Part shown: positions 1-9,454 of the stretch, in pieces | Numbering within the stretch: position 1 is the first letter of the stretch | Layout of the letters: each line of letters starts with the position of its first letter | From: an uncultured bacterium | Lineage (GTDB): Bacteria > Latescibacterota > UBA2968 > GCA-2709665 | Direction of reading: 5' to 3' | Assembly: GCA_964551635.1 (NCBI GenBank) | Contig: CAZKDZ010000203.1 | Coordinates: forward strand, 6,712-70,711 | Length of the DNA: 64,000 nucleotides | Program-made: the position numbers and the translations under genes | Notes under the pieces: model-generated | The model's database searches: none | What the model was told of the DNA's origin: nothing | What the model saw: only the letters and a program-made list of their open reading frames with translations

Positions 1-377
1 GACACGTCTGATATTTTGAGCAATCCCTGGACGAATGAGTATAATGCGTCACCGTAACGCTCTTCAGGTACGTCGAGCACTAGCTCTCCATCGTGGTCCT
101 CAATCTGAAACATCGATAGTGTATTCGAGATGATCTTTTGGCGCGTGCCGATTTGAAGATCCTTTTCATCGATGTCGTAAGTCAAATGCATGTACGTATG
201 CGCTTCATCCGAGAGCACCCAACGCGCGCCGTCTTTTCTTAGCACGATGTCCAGGTGATCGCCGTCGTCGAACATGAAGGGGGTAAACACACGGAAGCGA
301 TCCATTCCCTCGGCCGCAAGCCGAATCTGAGCCGAAACCTTCTCATGAAAGTCTCGCTCTATGTTCTCAATGGACAT
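1..377 (-). CDS. DUF1828-like protein, N-terminal part only (gene runs off the left window edge); diverged paralog of 8168..8944
   Basis: Minus-strand reading frame open to position 1, with ATG at 377..375. The translation MSIENIERDFHEKVSAQIRLAAEGMDRFRVFTPFMFDDGDHLDIVLRKDG... is collinear, without indels, with the N-terminus of the 258-aa ORF at 8168..8944 (constant offset 8567 nt). The family name is from memory. Confidence 0.6.
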   Translation of the reverse strand, partial: MSIENIERDFHEKVSAQIRLAAEGMDRFRVFTPFMFDDGDHLDIVLRKDGARWVLSDEAHTYMHLTYDIDEKDLQIGTRQKIISNTLSMFQIEDHDGELVLDVPEERYGDALYSFVQGLLKISDV

Positions 378-504
378 TGCTTACACCTCCTCGAAGAGGT
401 CGCCCTGCGGCTCCGGCGGCGCCCATGGAAAGACTCTTTCGCTGACGCTTTGAATCGTATTTCTGCCATTTGCATTGCGCCACAGTTGAATGTAGTCGTC
501 GGGA

Positions 505-1119
505 CTATGAGATCACCTCGCCGAGGACAGCATAGAAGGTCCCAAAGCTAGGCGAGCGGTTGCGCTCTGGATCGACATGGGTGGCAATAGCTCGTGCGGC
601 TTCGATCTTTCGCAAGCCGGTCTTGAAGTATCCGTGTCTCTTCAAGATTCGCTCAAACGTCTCCCAAGTCCCGCCACGAATCCCATCAGGGTTGCTGTAA
701 CGAGATTGATTAGGAATTCTCGGCGAAACCCTCGGATAGGCGTGACGTACGGCTTCCCAATCACCGAAATACCACGCTTCAAGTTCCTCAATCACCACGC
801 GATTTACCACTTGCCAAGGGTTTTCACCCGCCCGTGAGCGCGTACGCAGTCCCGACATAGCTGCCGCAGATTCCAACTCTCTCTTGAGCTCCTCGCAATG
901 GTCATTGTCGCAATCAACCAAAACGACAACCCGAAAATTCGGTGGCAACCAGTGCCGGTACCCACGTAAGCGAGAGTTCAAATTCCGCAACAGATTGCGC
1001 TTGCCCCGGAATACATGGATCCTGAACGTACAACCGGGGAGCAGACGCGGAAGAAACACTTCCAGGAATGCTTCCATCGACTCCTCTTCGACCAGAAATT
1101 CCAGATGGGACGCCGTCAT
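505..1119 (-). CDS. DUF4276-like protein, probable Toprim-like nuclease partner of the upstream ATPase
   Basis: The tracked ORF is 505..1389, but the likely start is the ATG at 1119 ([14 protein letters not shown]...). That start overlaps the ATPase stop in an ATGA junction. The protein has an acidic E near the N-terminus (LVEEES) and a DxD-type motif (VLVDCDNDH), as expected for a Toprim-like fold. The DUF4276 assignment is from memory. Confidence 0.6.
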   Translation of the reverse strand: MTASHLEFLVEEESMEAFLEVFLPRLLPGCTFRIHVFRGKRNLLRNLNSRLRGYRHWLPPNFRVVVLVDCDNDHCEELKRELESAAAMSGLRTRSRAGENPWQVVNRVVIEELEAWYFGDWEAVRHAYPRVSPRIPNQSRYSNPDGIRGGTWETFERILKRHGYFKTGLRKIEAARAIATHVDPERNRSPSFGTFYAVLGEVIS

Positions 1120-2465
1120 CTCCTGCGTCCTTCGACAACTTGCGTCGGTCCCCCGTGCCGCACTAGAGGATCGCCTACGCCAAACAAGCCTTCTGTCCAC
1201 AGTTCGCCAAGTTGTGCGCCCTCTTTCAAAAACGCGGACACTCCCGGCAAGTCGCCAACTCGTTCCGTTTGCGTATGGCCTGCGTCGTCTCGCCATAAGA
1301 CGCGAACCTCCTCGGGCCGTAGCGTGGCTAGAAAAAACGGCGAGTGTGTAGTAACGAGCAATTGCGTGCGCTCGCACGACGCGCGGCATTCTTCGGCAAG
1401 CTCTGGGAGCAACCGGGGGTGTAGGAAGTTTTCCGGCTCTTCAATGCCGATGAAAGGCGGTGGTTCTGGATCGTACAGCAACACCAGATACGCCAGCATT
1501 TTCAGCGTGCCGTCGGAGGCAAAGCGCGCCAGCACTGGCTGGCTGAATGGGACGTCTTTGATCTGTAGCAATAGCCGGCCGTCGGCCATGGTCTCGGTTA
1601 GTACGCGCTCGATGCGCGGCACACGTTGGCGCAACGTATCGAAGATGCGATCCAGCCGATCTGGATGACGTTCAGCCAGATACTGGACAACGTTGGCAAG
1701 GTTGTCCCCTGTTCTGGTAAGTTGCTCTTGTGGTCCCGCTTCGGGTTGACCACGCGCACTGTCTGCCGAGAGATACGACACATGCCAGTCCATAATGAAA
1801 TTTCGCAAAGCTGCCACGCGAGGGTGTTCTTGGAACTGCCCGAGCGCGTTGACCGCCAGAAGATCGGGTGCGCTGAGCGGAATCTCCACCTTTTGGTCAG
1901 CGTCATCCGGGACCTCGCCGCTGACTGCTTGGCCTTGTCCTTTAGAATAATCGAGGAAGCGGAACGGAGCACCATAGCTACGGCGTTTCCACCTCAGTCT
2001 CTCTTGGACAACTACTGGCACACCGTCAAGCTCATCGACAGCAAGAGAATAGGTAATCAGCGGTGCCTGCGATCTCTCGTGAGGCTTGACGGCTCGTTCT
2101 CGGTACTTGATTTCAATTGTCAGCGGACCATCAGCACCACGGGTCTTAAGTTCTTTGGCTCGGCCGCGCCGGTCCCATGCGCTCCGCAAGCCGAATTCGA
2201 AACACTCTGCAAGGAATGCGAACACGTCGAAAACCGTCGATTTGCCGCTGCCGTTAGGACCAAGTAATACCGTCATAGGCGTCAGAGACTTCATCTCAAC
2301 CCTCTGCAGAGCACGGAAATTTTCCACCTTCAGAGACTCGATCCGAGGTGTTGCGGCGCCTTGTGAAGTCGCTTGGTTCATTTCATCGTCTCCATATCTT
2401 CGAAAGGCTTCAACCCAATCCATCCACCGCTGGGTCTGAATTTTCCGCTGCCTGACCTTACTCAC
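1116..2465 (-). CDS. AAA15/ABC-type ATPase (OLD/PARIS AriA-like class)
   Basis: 449-aa ORF with Walker [10 protein letters not shown], Walker B-like [15 protein letters not shown] and a downstream TTHSP motif. The real start may be the internal MNQATSQ at about 2381. Its stop overlaps the start of the next gene. Confidence 0.8.
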   Translation of the reverse strand: MSKVRQRKIQTQRWMDWVEAFRRYGDDEMNQATSQGAATPRIESLKVENFRALQRVEMKSLTPMTVLLGPNGSGKSTVFDVFAFLAECFEFGLRSAWDRRGRAKELKTRGADGPLTIEIKYRERAVKPHERSQAPLITYSLAVDELDGVPVVVQERLRWKRRSYGAPFRFLDYSKGQGQAVSGEVPDDADQKVEIPLSAPDLLAVNALGQFQEHPRVAALRNFIMDWHVSYLSADSARGQPEAGPQEQLTRTGDNLANVVQYLAERHPDRLDRIFDTLRQRVPRIERVLTETMADGRLLLQIKDVPFSQPVLARFASDGTLKMLAYLVLLYDPEPPPFIGIEEPENFLHPRLLPELAEECRASCERTQLLVTTHSPFFLATLRPEEVRVLWRDDAGHTQTERVGDLPGVSAFLKEGAQLGELWTEGLFGVGDPLVRHGGPTQVVEGRRR

Positions 2466-2472
2466 CCTTTGT

Positions 2473-2652
2473 TTAAATTACGTTCCATTGAGCGACCTCG
2501 GCAGAGTCAATCCGCTCATCGGTGCCCAATTGTTTCAGCTTGCCGATCTGCCTCTGGATTCACTTCGCTATGATTACGAATCCATTCGCCAGTTCCGCCG
2601 TGGTGATTGCGGGGTCGGCGTTGATCAGGGCCGAGATTCTCTCCCTGGCCTC
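2473..2652 (-). pseudogene. Decayed remnant of a winged-helix C-terminal domain (as found at the end of Fic/AlbA_2-type ATP-binding regulators)
   Basis: Minus-strand translation gives [58 protein letters not shown]. This is a typical wHTH pattern interrupted by an in-frame TGA, with no start codon and no upstream domain. Confidence 0.35.
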
Positions 2653-2959
2653 AAATTAAGCGGGTTTTTCAGATTTCTTGTGTACAAGAGTACCGGAAAG
2701 ACTTACCTTAGTTGAAGTTAGCATTATCGGACGCGAAAATGCTACTCCAACTAAAGGGGCCTTTCCGGTGAAGAGAATACCTGCCTGCCGCGCTTCGCTT
2801 GGCGCAGGCAAGTCGGTAAATGAAAGCCGCAGGAACAGTGTTAAATGTGGGCGCAAGGTACGTGCACGTCAGAAGCGTGCGAGTCGGTTTTGTTCTCAAG
2901 ACAAGCCAATGTTTGGCAGTACGTGTGTGCATTACGAGGTCAGCGCAGATGGGCAAGGG

Positions 2960-3113
2960 ATGAGCTACGGTGGCATTGCGGTGGCGCATCGTCTGGTGAC
3001 GAAGTTGGGATTGGGCAAGGAGCTTGAACGCGGATCTGATCCCGGACCCGACGACGGCGGGTGACTACACGCGTCGGTTCACCGAGGCCGACGTGATCGA
3101 CTATGCAGTCTAG
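2960..3113 (+). pseudogene. Short frameshifted fragment resembling the N-terminus of an IS1380/IS4-superfamily DDE transposase
   Basis: Frame 1 reads MSYGGIAVAHRLVTKLGLGKEL. After a frame change it continues NADLIPDPTTAGDYTRRFTEADVIDYAV*. The pattern resembles N-terminal regions of IS1380-type transposases from memory. No DDE core follows. Confidence 0.3.
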
Positions 3114-3844
3114 TAGCGCCAGTCTGCATGTGCCAGCGGCGCACGGTTGAGTTCATCCTGATGAAAACGCCAGAGTGGCATGAATCTGTCCATCAGCTTC
3201 CGAAAACGATCGTTGTGACGACGCTCGATCAGGTGGACCATCTCGTGCACCACGACGTATTCAAGGCAGGCCGAAGGCTTCTTTGCCAGTTCGAGATTCA
3301 ACCAGATTCGGCCAGCATCCGGGTTGCAGGTTCCCCATCGAGTCTTCATCTTTTTGATGCGGGCCTCATTGACCTGCACACCCAATTCGGGCTCCCACTT
3401 TACAATGATTGCTGGAAGGCGATCTCGGAGATTGCCTCGGTACCATCGATCCAGTACGGCCTCTCTTATGTGCCGGTCGGAACCTGGTCGGACGCATATC
3501 GCCAGAGTTGAATTATTGAGTATACGAACCGAAGGTGGACCGCACTGTTCCGATACATCGAGCCGGTAGCGTCGACCCTCGAAATAATGGCTTTCGCCTG
3601 TCACGAATTCTCGCTGGGATTGCCGATCCTGCCGTTTGAATCTCTCCTTCTGGCGGCCAATCCAACCCAGGCGAGAAATGACTGCCATGCGCACTGCGTC
3701 ATCATCGAGACTCAGCGGAGCTGCGACCCTAACTCTTCCGTCCGGCGGGTAAACCCCAATGTGGAGGTTCTTGATGTCCTTACGGACGACGTCGACCGCA
3801 GTCCCTCCTACGGCAATGCTGTAGGTTTTTCGCTCAGTATTCAC
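3110..3844 (-). CDS. YgjP/DUF45-type (M48-like, SprT-like) zinc metallopeptidase commonly linked to type I R-M
   Basis: 244-aa ORF with the HExxH motif in VVHEMVHLIERRH. It overlaps the hsdR stop by 11 nt, indicating an operon. Confidence 0.8.
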   Translation of the reverse strand: MNTERKTYSIAVGGTAVDVVRKDIKNLHIGVYPPDGRVRVAAPLSLDDDAVRMAVISRLGWIGRQKERFKRQDRQSQREFVTGESHYFEGRRYRLDVSEQCGPPSVRILNNSTLAICVRPGSDRHIREAVLDRWYRGNLRDRLPAIIVKWEPELGVQVNEARIKKMKTRWGTCNPDAGRIWLNLELAKKPSACLEYVVVHEMVHLIERRHNDRFRKLMDRFMPLWRFHQDELNRAPLAHADWRY

Positions 3845-6800
3845 TCTGCGCCTTTACGATCTCGAATATTTGGTATACGATGCCGTCGTCGCCAAGATGA
3901 GATTTGATGGCGTTGCGGACCTCCCGTTCTTTGATTTTGTTTCCACGCCAGTCCGCTTTTTTGACACTTCGTATAGCCTGATCTACCGCCAACACCTTTG
4001 TAATCAGTTCATTCGTAGAAAGCTCCGTTCCCGAGTCGGTATTCGGTTGGTATTGCCCAAGTTTGGCACCTTGCAAATTATCGAATAGTGTCCTGAGTGT
4101 GTTGCTGTCGATTTCCGATGGATACGACATCTCGGTTTCAGGGTTGGTCACTTTTCCGGCCAATTCAATTATCCTTGCCAGGTACATCTTGTAGTCCAGA
4201 CGTTCCTGCTTACGCTGGAGTATTAACGCATCCAGCAACTCAGACATCCTGCCGTAATATTTCGGGTTAGCCGGCGTCTCGTCGATGATTAGACGGCGGA
4301 CGTTATTCTCTATCGTCTCGGCCACGGCATCGGGATCACTCCGGATATCTTCCGGGAGCGCATTCAATGCGTTTTCACCTTGCTTGACAATCAGTTGCAC
4401 AAGTGTCAGGTCGTCAAATGTCGAGAGTCGCTCGCTATCCTCGGCGCGGATATATGTGTCGAGGAGGTGCCGCATGGCGGGCTCATACATCTTCAGGTCA
4501 ACGTAGTCGCCACTCGCAAGCTTGACCTCTTTGCGGACATTTTCGTAGTGATCCACTTCGATTTTGATTTCCGCAGCCTCGGCTACGCTGTAACCTGCCG
4601 CCTGCATCTCATTGGCCAGGTTGGCGTATGCTCGCAAAAGCGCCGCAGTGCGTTTATAGAGAGCTACACGCCGTGGCTCGTTTTCTTTGAGTTCCTCGAT
4701 ATTACCACTATCCGTCCCGCAGAAAAAACGCCGATATGATGCGGAGTCGCGTGGCGGTTCGACGGGTTCGCAAAGCGCCCGGATCGCCTCTCGCGTCTCC
4801 TCAAGCCGCTCACGACCCTTCGCGAGCCTATCTGTGAGCAACCCCTTCACATCGGCCTTGTCGTACCCTGCAAAAGCTTCTCCGGTATAATCCTGAATTG
4901 ATTGCTCCAGCGAACGGAACAGGTCCTTGTAGTCGACGATGTATCCGTATTCCTTGTCCTCGCCGTCGAGGCGGTTGACACGACAGATCGCCTGGAAAAG
5001 CCCGTGGTCCTGCATGTGTTTGTCAATATAGAGATATGTCGCAGATGGCGCATCGAAACCGGTTAGCAGCTTATCTACCACGATCAGCAGCTTCATCTGG
5101 CCCGGTTCTTCGACGAATCGCTTCTTTACCTCAAGTTCAAACCGTTCAACCTTGTTCATTGCGGTGTCTTCCGGCTCGTCGAAGTGCGCCGCAAGCATCT
5201 TTCGGTAGATGTCGTACCGGCGCAGCTTTTCCGTTAGTCCTTCGCCGGTCTCCTCACCTTTAATGTCCCCGGGCGCCGGTTTGTATGACGTGACGATCGC
5301 GCATTTGTCCGCCAGATCGGTCTGCTGGAACATCTCAAAGAAGCGGCAGGCGGAGTCGATGTTGCCGGAGACCAACAGGGCATTGCCATGACCACTCTTG
5401 AGTCGGTCGCTAATCTCCATGTCCATCTGAATGTCGGCGACGATCTTCTCCAGACGATCGCGTGCGCTTAACACTTTTCGCATGGTACCCCAGCGCTGCT
5501 TCAGTTGTGCCTGCGCAACGTCGTTCAATCCGTCGGTCTTGGCTTCGAACCACTGATCTATCTTCTCCTGAGAGGTGATATTCTGATCGATATCTCGGGC
5601 CTCGTAGCGCAAGTCCAGCACCACGCCGTCGCGAACTGCTTCATCGTACTTGTAGGTGTGGATATAGGTTCCGAACGTCTCCATACTTCGTGGTTTATCT
5701 GCTTTGAGTAACGGAGTCCCAGTAAAGCCGATCAGCATCGCGCCCGGCAAAATCGCCTTCATCGCCTCGTGTAATTTTCCGGACTGAGTGCGGTGACATT
5801 CGTCTACGAAGACAAAAATCTCGCCCTTGGCGCGGAAATGACCGGGTAGACTCTTCTTAATCTCCTCGACGTAGGCATCGATATCTCTTTCGCTGATGTC
5901 CTCCGTCGTACCGAACTTGTGAATGAGGGAGCCAATCAGCCACTCATCCGGTCTGTTCAGCACCTGCACCAGATCGGCTCCACTATTTGTGCGGTAGATG
6001 TCCTCGCTGACACCCTTGAAGACAGCCTCAATCTGCTCATCCAACTCGGTGCGATCCGTGATGAGAAGGACCCTTGCGTCGCTGACGTTCTCGCGAATCC
6101 ATTTCGCCAGCCAGACCATCGTCAGGCTCTTGCCGCTTCCTTGCGTGTGCCAGATGATACCGCCCTCGCGGCTTTGCACCCGATCCTGGGCCACCCGCAC
6201 ACCGAAGTATTGGTTGTGGCGACAGATTTTCTTTACACCTGCATCAAAGACGACGAAATCATGTATTATTTCGAGCAATCGTTCCTTGCTGCACAGTTGG
6301 CTCAACCCGCGAAGTAAAGGATTGTCGCCGGCAGCCGGGTTGGCGTTCGCTTCCTTCCAATGCAGCCAGTATTTCTCGGCTGTCTCGATCACGCCGTAGC
6401 GCAGCCCCTCGGTATCATTGCCAGCCATCACAAGCTGCACCGTGGTGAAGAACGGCCGGATGAACTCCTTTTTCTGGTTGTCGAGGTTCTGACGGATACC
6501 TTCGGAAACCGATACCGTCGATCGCTTAAGTTCCAGCACCCCAAGGGCAATCCCGTTAACGTACAGTACGATGTCCGGGCGCTTGGTGTTCGTAGCTGAG
6601 ACCGTAACCTCCTCGGCGATCGCGAAGTCGTTATTAGCCGGATTCACCCAGTCGATCAACCAGACAGTGACATTCGGTTCCCCTACCTCCGGTCGTACCT
6701 TCACGCCGTAACGAAGTAGACCGTACACCTCACGGTTTGCATCGTAGAGCGTCTTACTGCCGCCGATTGCGCCTGCCTTGTCGAGATCACGCAGTACCTT

Positions 6801-6980
6801 GTTGATTACCCTATCGCGGTGACCATTTCGCTTCAACCAATTGGTAAGCAGCCCCTTCTCGATATTGCTGTTGTCGGCGCGATCCTGCCAGTCACCGAGA
6901 TAGTTGTATCCAAGCGCATCCCGGAAGAAGGAGATTACCGTTCGCTGTGTGCGTATTTCCTTTTGGCCGACTGTGGTCAT
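3834..6980 (-). CDS. hsdR: Type I restriction endonuclease subunit R
   Basis: 1048-aa ORF. It has an N-terminal nuclease-like region (DIVLYVNGIALGVLELKRS) and SF2 motor motifs: HTQGSGKS (Walker A), FVFVDECHRTQ (DEAH-like) and LLTGFDAP. Confidence 0.95.
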   Translation of the reverse strand: MTTVGQKEIRTQRTVISFFRDALGYNYLGDWQDRADNSNIEKGLLTNWLKRNGHRDRVINKVLRDLDKAGAIGGSKTLYDANREVYGLLRYGVKVRPEVGEPNVTVWLIDWVNPANNDFAIAEEVTVSATNTKRPDIVLYVNGIALGVLELKRSTVSVSEGIRQNLDNQKKEFIRPFFTTVQLVMAGNDTEGLRYGVIETAEKYWLHWKEANANPAAGDNPLLRGLSQLCSKERLLEIIHDFVVFDAGVKKICRHNQYFGVRVAQDRVQSREGGIIWHTQGSGKSLTMVWLAKWIRENVSDARVLLITDRTELDEQIEAVFKGVSEDIYRTNSGADLVQVLNRPDEWLIGSLIHKFGTTEDISERDIDAYVEEIKKSLPGHFRAKGEIFVFVDECHRTQSGKLHEAMKAILPGAMLIGFTGTPLLKADKPRSMETFGTYIHTYKYDEAVRDGVVLDLRYEARDIDQNITSQEKIDQWFEAKTDGLNDVAQAQLKQRWGTMRKVLSARDRLEKIVADIQMDMEISDRLKSGHGNALLVSGNIDSACRFFEMFQQTDLADKCAIVTSYKPAPGDIKGEETGEGLTEKLRRYDIYRKMLAAHFDEPEDTAMNKVERFELEVKKRFVEEPGQMKLLIVVDKLLTGFDAPSATYLYIDKHMQDHGLFQAICRVNRLDGEDKEYGYIVDYKDLFRSLEQSIQDYTGEAFAGYDKADVKGLLTDRLAKGRERLEETREAIRALCEPVEPPRDSASYRRFFCGTDSGNIEELKENEPRRVALYKRTAALLRAYANLANEMQAAGYSVAEAAEIKIEVDHYENVRKEVKLASGDYVDLKMYEPAMRHLLDTYIRAEDSERLSTFDDLTLVQLIVKQGENALNALPEDIRSDPDAVAETIENNVRRLIIDETPANPKYYGRMSELLDALILQRKQERLDYKMYLARIIELAGKVTNPETEMSYPSEIDSNTLRTLFDNLQGAKLGQYQPNTDSGTELSTNELITKVLAVDQAIRSVKKADWRGNKIKEREVRNAIKSHLGDDGIVYQIFEIVKAQSEY

Positions 6981-7116
6981 ACTATGTTTTCACCAGAATC
7001 AGTTACGTCAAATGGTCCGCCAATTGTGCAGGTCGTCGCTTTTCCGTTTTCGGTACGCAGACAATGGGCCCAGCGGCCATCGCCGATTCCTCTCTCTGCC
7101 CTGTTTGATCAAACGC

Positions 7117-7992
7117 TCAACGACCATTTAGAGCGGCGTCGATAGACCGCTTTAGTTCGCTGCGTAGCGATTCAAGACCTTCTTTGTTCCGCACATAGCT
7201 GATGAAGCGGATGTGTCGGAGATCAAAGGGTACGTCTTCTTTGTTTTGCGTTACAAGGATTACGTCGCGTCCAAGCGCGTGAGCTAAACCGGCCTCGTAC
7301 AGAACATTGGGATTCTTCCCGGTCAGTTCACAGACAACTAACCGACTCTGAGCAATAGCAAGGAACACATCATTGATTATTTTTGTAGGTCCATATATCT
7401 CGTCTACGCGCAGTGCGGGGCATCCTACTTCCTCGCAAACCGCTTTGATTATATGGTATATGGGATCGAACTCGGCCGAAAAGGGCATCATGACTGCAAC
7501 GTGATCCAACCTCGGTAGTGGCCAAGTTTCGATATCGAACAGTTTCGGCAGATTAGGGTTATCGCGACTATTCATCAGTTCGAAGATTTTCGACACTAAG
7601 TTGCCTTTTTTCACAGCCCAGTGTGTTCGACTGTGCTCCCAATTCTCCGTATCGAACAATTCGCTCCCAAACACCTCTTTTGAACTCAATTCAGTGGTCA
7701 GGTGTCTGTAAGAAAACTTAATGGATCGACCTGTTACTTCGACGTCGCTGATTTGTGCGAAGAAGGCAGACGTGTGAGATTCCTGTAGTGGGTACGCCAA
7801 CTCTGTTACGATGAGTGTGGGTAGTTCAGAAAGGGCACCCACATTTTCTTTAAATCGTTCCTTTACGTCAGTGGAAGTACCCTCAAATAGACGGTCTACT
7901 TGGAATTTAGACGTTCCCGACGAACGTTGAAATAATCCAATTGGCGGATTTCCGTAGCAGATCAAGTTGTAATATTCCAGCGACCAGTTCAT
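7117..7992 (-). CDS. Two-domain protein: unknown N-terminal domain plus a C-terminal nucleoside 2-deoxyribosyltransferase-like / TIR-like domain
   Basis: 291-aa ORF. The C-terminal ~130 aa read VAVMMPFSAEFDPIYHIIKAVCEEVG...RLVVCELTGKNPNVLYEAGLAHALGRDVILV. This matches the MPF...D(l)T..NpNVfyElG.A.alGk.vil signature of that superfamily as I remember it. The N-terminal ~160 aa are unrecognised. Confidence 0.55.
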   Translation of the reverse strand: MNWSLEYYNLICYGNPPIGLFQRSSGTSKFQVDRLFEGTSTDVKERFKENVGALSELPTLIVTELAYPLQESHTSAFFAQISDVEVTGRSIKFSYRHLTTELSSKEVFGSELFDTENWEHSRTHWAVKKGNLVSKIFELMNSRDNPNLPKLFDIETWPLPRLDHVAVMMPFSAEFDPIYHIIKAVCEEVGCPALRVDEIYGPTKIINDVFLAIAQSRLVVCELTGKNPNVLYEAGLAHALGRDVILVTQNKEDVPFDLRHIRFISYVRNKEGLESLRSELKRSIDAALNGR

Positions 7993-8167
7993 GGGAGTCG
8001 GTTCTGTGCATCCAATTCAGGCTAAAATTGACTCTAAAGTGATTTGAGATCGAGCAGCCGCATCCGGCCGATGAGATGGCGCTGCACTATTCCTTGCTTG
8101 ACAGAACGGATCCTGTCCCGGCACAACTCCGCCAAGGCGATCTAAGCAAGTCTACTTAAATCGTGGT

Positions 8168-8944
8168 TTATCCCGATATGCTCTCGCTCAGAAAGCGCGC
8201 TATCCTCTCTTGATTTGCGGTGAGGCTGGAGAATTGCTTCTCGCAGACGTCACTGAAGCGGGCTAACACCTTACGACTGATGGACTCCTGATCTTCGAAA
8301 ATAGCGAGTGAACGAAACGGTATTTCCCACCGTTCGAATTGATGAAGCGAGATCGTGGCGTCGCGGGTCCTGCCGTCGTTGGCAAGGGCATGAACGAACA
8401 AGGGCCGCTGCATGCCGTTGACTCGACAGTCAACCGCATACTTTCCTTGAGGATCCCGTACAGGATCGCTCCAGTCAAACTCTCTGCGCTCTTCAGGTAG
8501 GGCATTGCTCATCACCGTACGAAAATCGTCCATAAATGTGGAACTAACCCTTGCCCGAGATAAGTACGAAACGTCAGATATCTTGAGTAGCCCCTGAACG
8601 AACGAATACAGTGCGTCACCGTAACGTTCCTCCGGCACGTCGAGTATCAACTCTCCGTCGCGATCCTCGATCTGAAACATGGAAAGTGTATTTGAGATGA
8701 TTTTTTGACGCGTGCCACCATGGAGATCCTTCTCATCGATGTCGTATGTCAGATGCATGTACGTATGCGCTTCATCGGAAAGCACCCAACGTGTACCGTC
8801 CTTCCTTAAAACGATGTCCAGATGATCGCCGTCGTCGAACATGAACGGGGTAAACACGCGGAAGCGTTCCATACCCTCGGCCGCAATCCGAATCTGAGCC
8901 GAGACCTTCTCGTGAAAGTCTCGCTCTATGGTCTCAAAGGACAT
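8168..8944 (-). CDS. DUF1828-like (possibly DUF1828+DUF1829) protein
   Basis: 258-aa ORF lying 3 nt downstream of the preceding gene, with a paralog at 1..377. The family name is from memory of R-M-linked hypothetical proteins. Confidence 0.6.
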   Translation of the reverse strand: MSFETIERDFHEKVSAQIRIAAEGMERFRVFTPFMFDDGDHLDIVLRKDGTRWVLSDEAHTYMHLTYDIDEKDLHGGTRQKIISNTLSMFQIEDRDGELILDVPEERYGDALYSFVQGLLKISDVSYLSRARVSSTFMDDFRTVMSNALPEERREFDWSDPVRDPQGKYAVDCRVNGMQRPLFVHALANDGRTRDATISLHQFERWEIPFRSLAIFEDQESISRKVLARFSDVCEKQFSSLTANQERIARFLSESISG

Positions 8945-8947
8945 TGC

Positions 8948-9454
8948 TTACACCTCCTCGAAAAGGTCAACTTGGAGGTCCGGCGGCAACACAAGATTCA
9001 CATCGGAAATCAGACAACGAAGGGCACCGTGATAGTCTCCGAAACGGTCGGTTGGATCGGCGTACGCATCCTCCCTGGTTCCGAGTTCCTGATACCTCTC
9101 CGTTGCAACATGAATGTGAAAATCATAGAATTTCACGCCTTCAATGCGGTTCGAATGTTCTTGGCTTTTGCCATTATAGCGCCGGAGGCGGAAGAGTTGG
9201 TTTGATCCCGGAACTCGAACAGCCAGAATAACTGAGAAGTTGAGGGGATTGATCTTATTCTGCCTGAGAATCAGACGAAACTCGCTCCCCGCATCACCTG
9301 CTATATCAAGGTGTTGTTCTTCGTGGCCACGCTTGGACTTTAGACGAATCCGGGTGCGCCAATCCTGAGGCAGTAGCTTGCGCTCATGAATCAACGACTC
9401 TATCTCATGTTCAGAAAACGTCACCGCCATAACGATTACAATTCGATAGGCCAC
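8948..9454 (-). CDS. Hypothetical protein (about 160 aa)
   Basis: 168-aa ORF; the more likely start is the ATG at 9430 (MAVTFSEHE...). Conserved-looking motifs include RRYNGKSQEHSN and FHIHVATERYQ. It is tightly coupled to the DUF1828-like gene, and I recognise no family. Confidence 0.5.
   Translation of the reverse strand: MAYRIVIVMAVTFSEHEIESLIHERKLLPQDWRTRIRLKSKRGHEEQHLDIAGDAGSEFRLILRQNKINPLNFSVILAVRVPGSNQLFRLRRYNGKSQEHSNRIEGVKFYDFHIHVATERYQELGTREDAYADPTDRFGDYHGALRCLISDVNLVLPPDLQVDLFEEV

Noticed and set aside
255-551. Plus-strand ORFs 255..551 and 8822..9205 with similar N-termini (MIAVVEHEGGKH...).
   Set aside because: They are antisense shadows of the two DUF1828-like paralogs. Their similarity simply reflects the duplicated DNA, and they cross the minus-strand gene boundaries.
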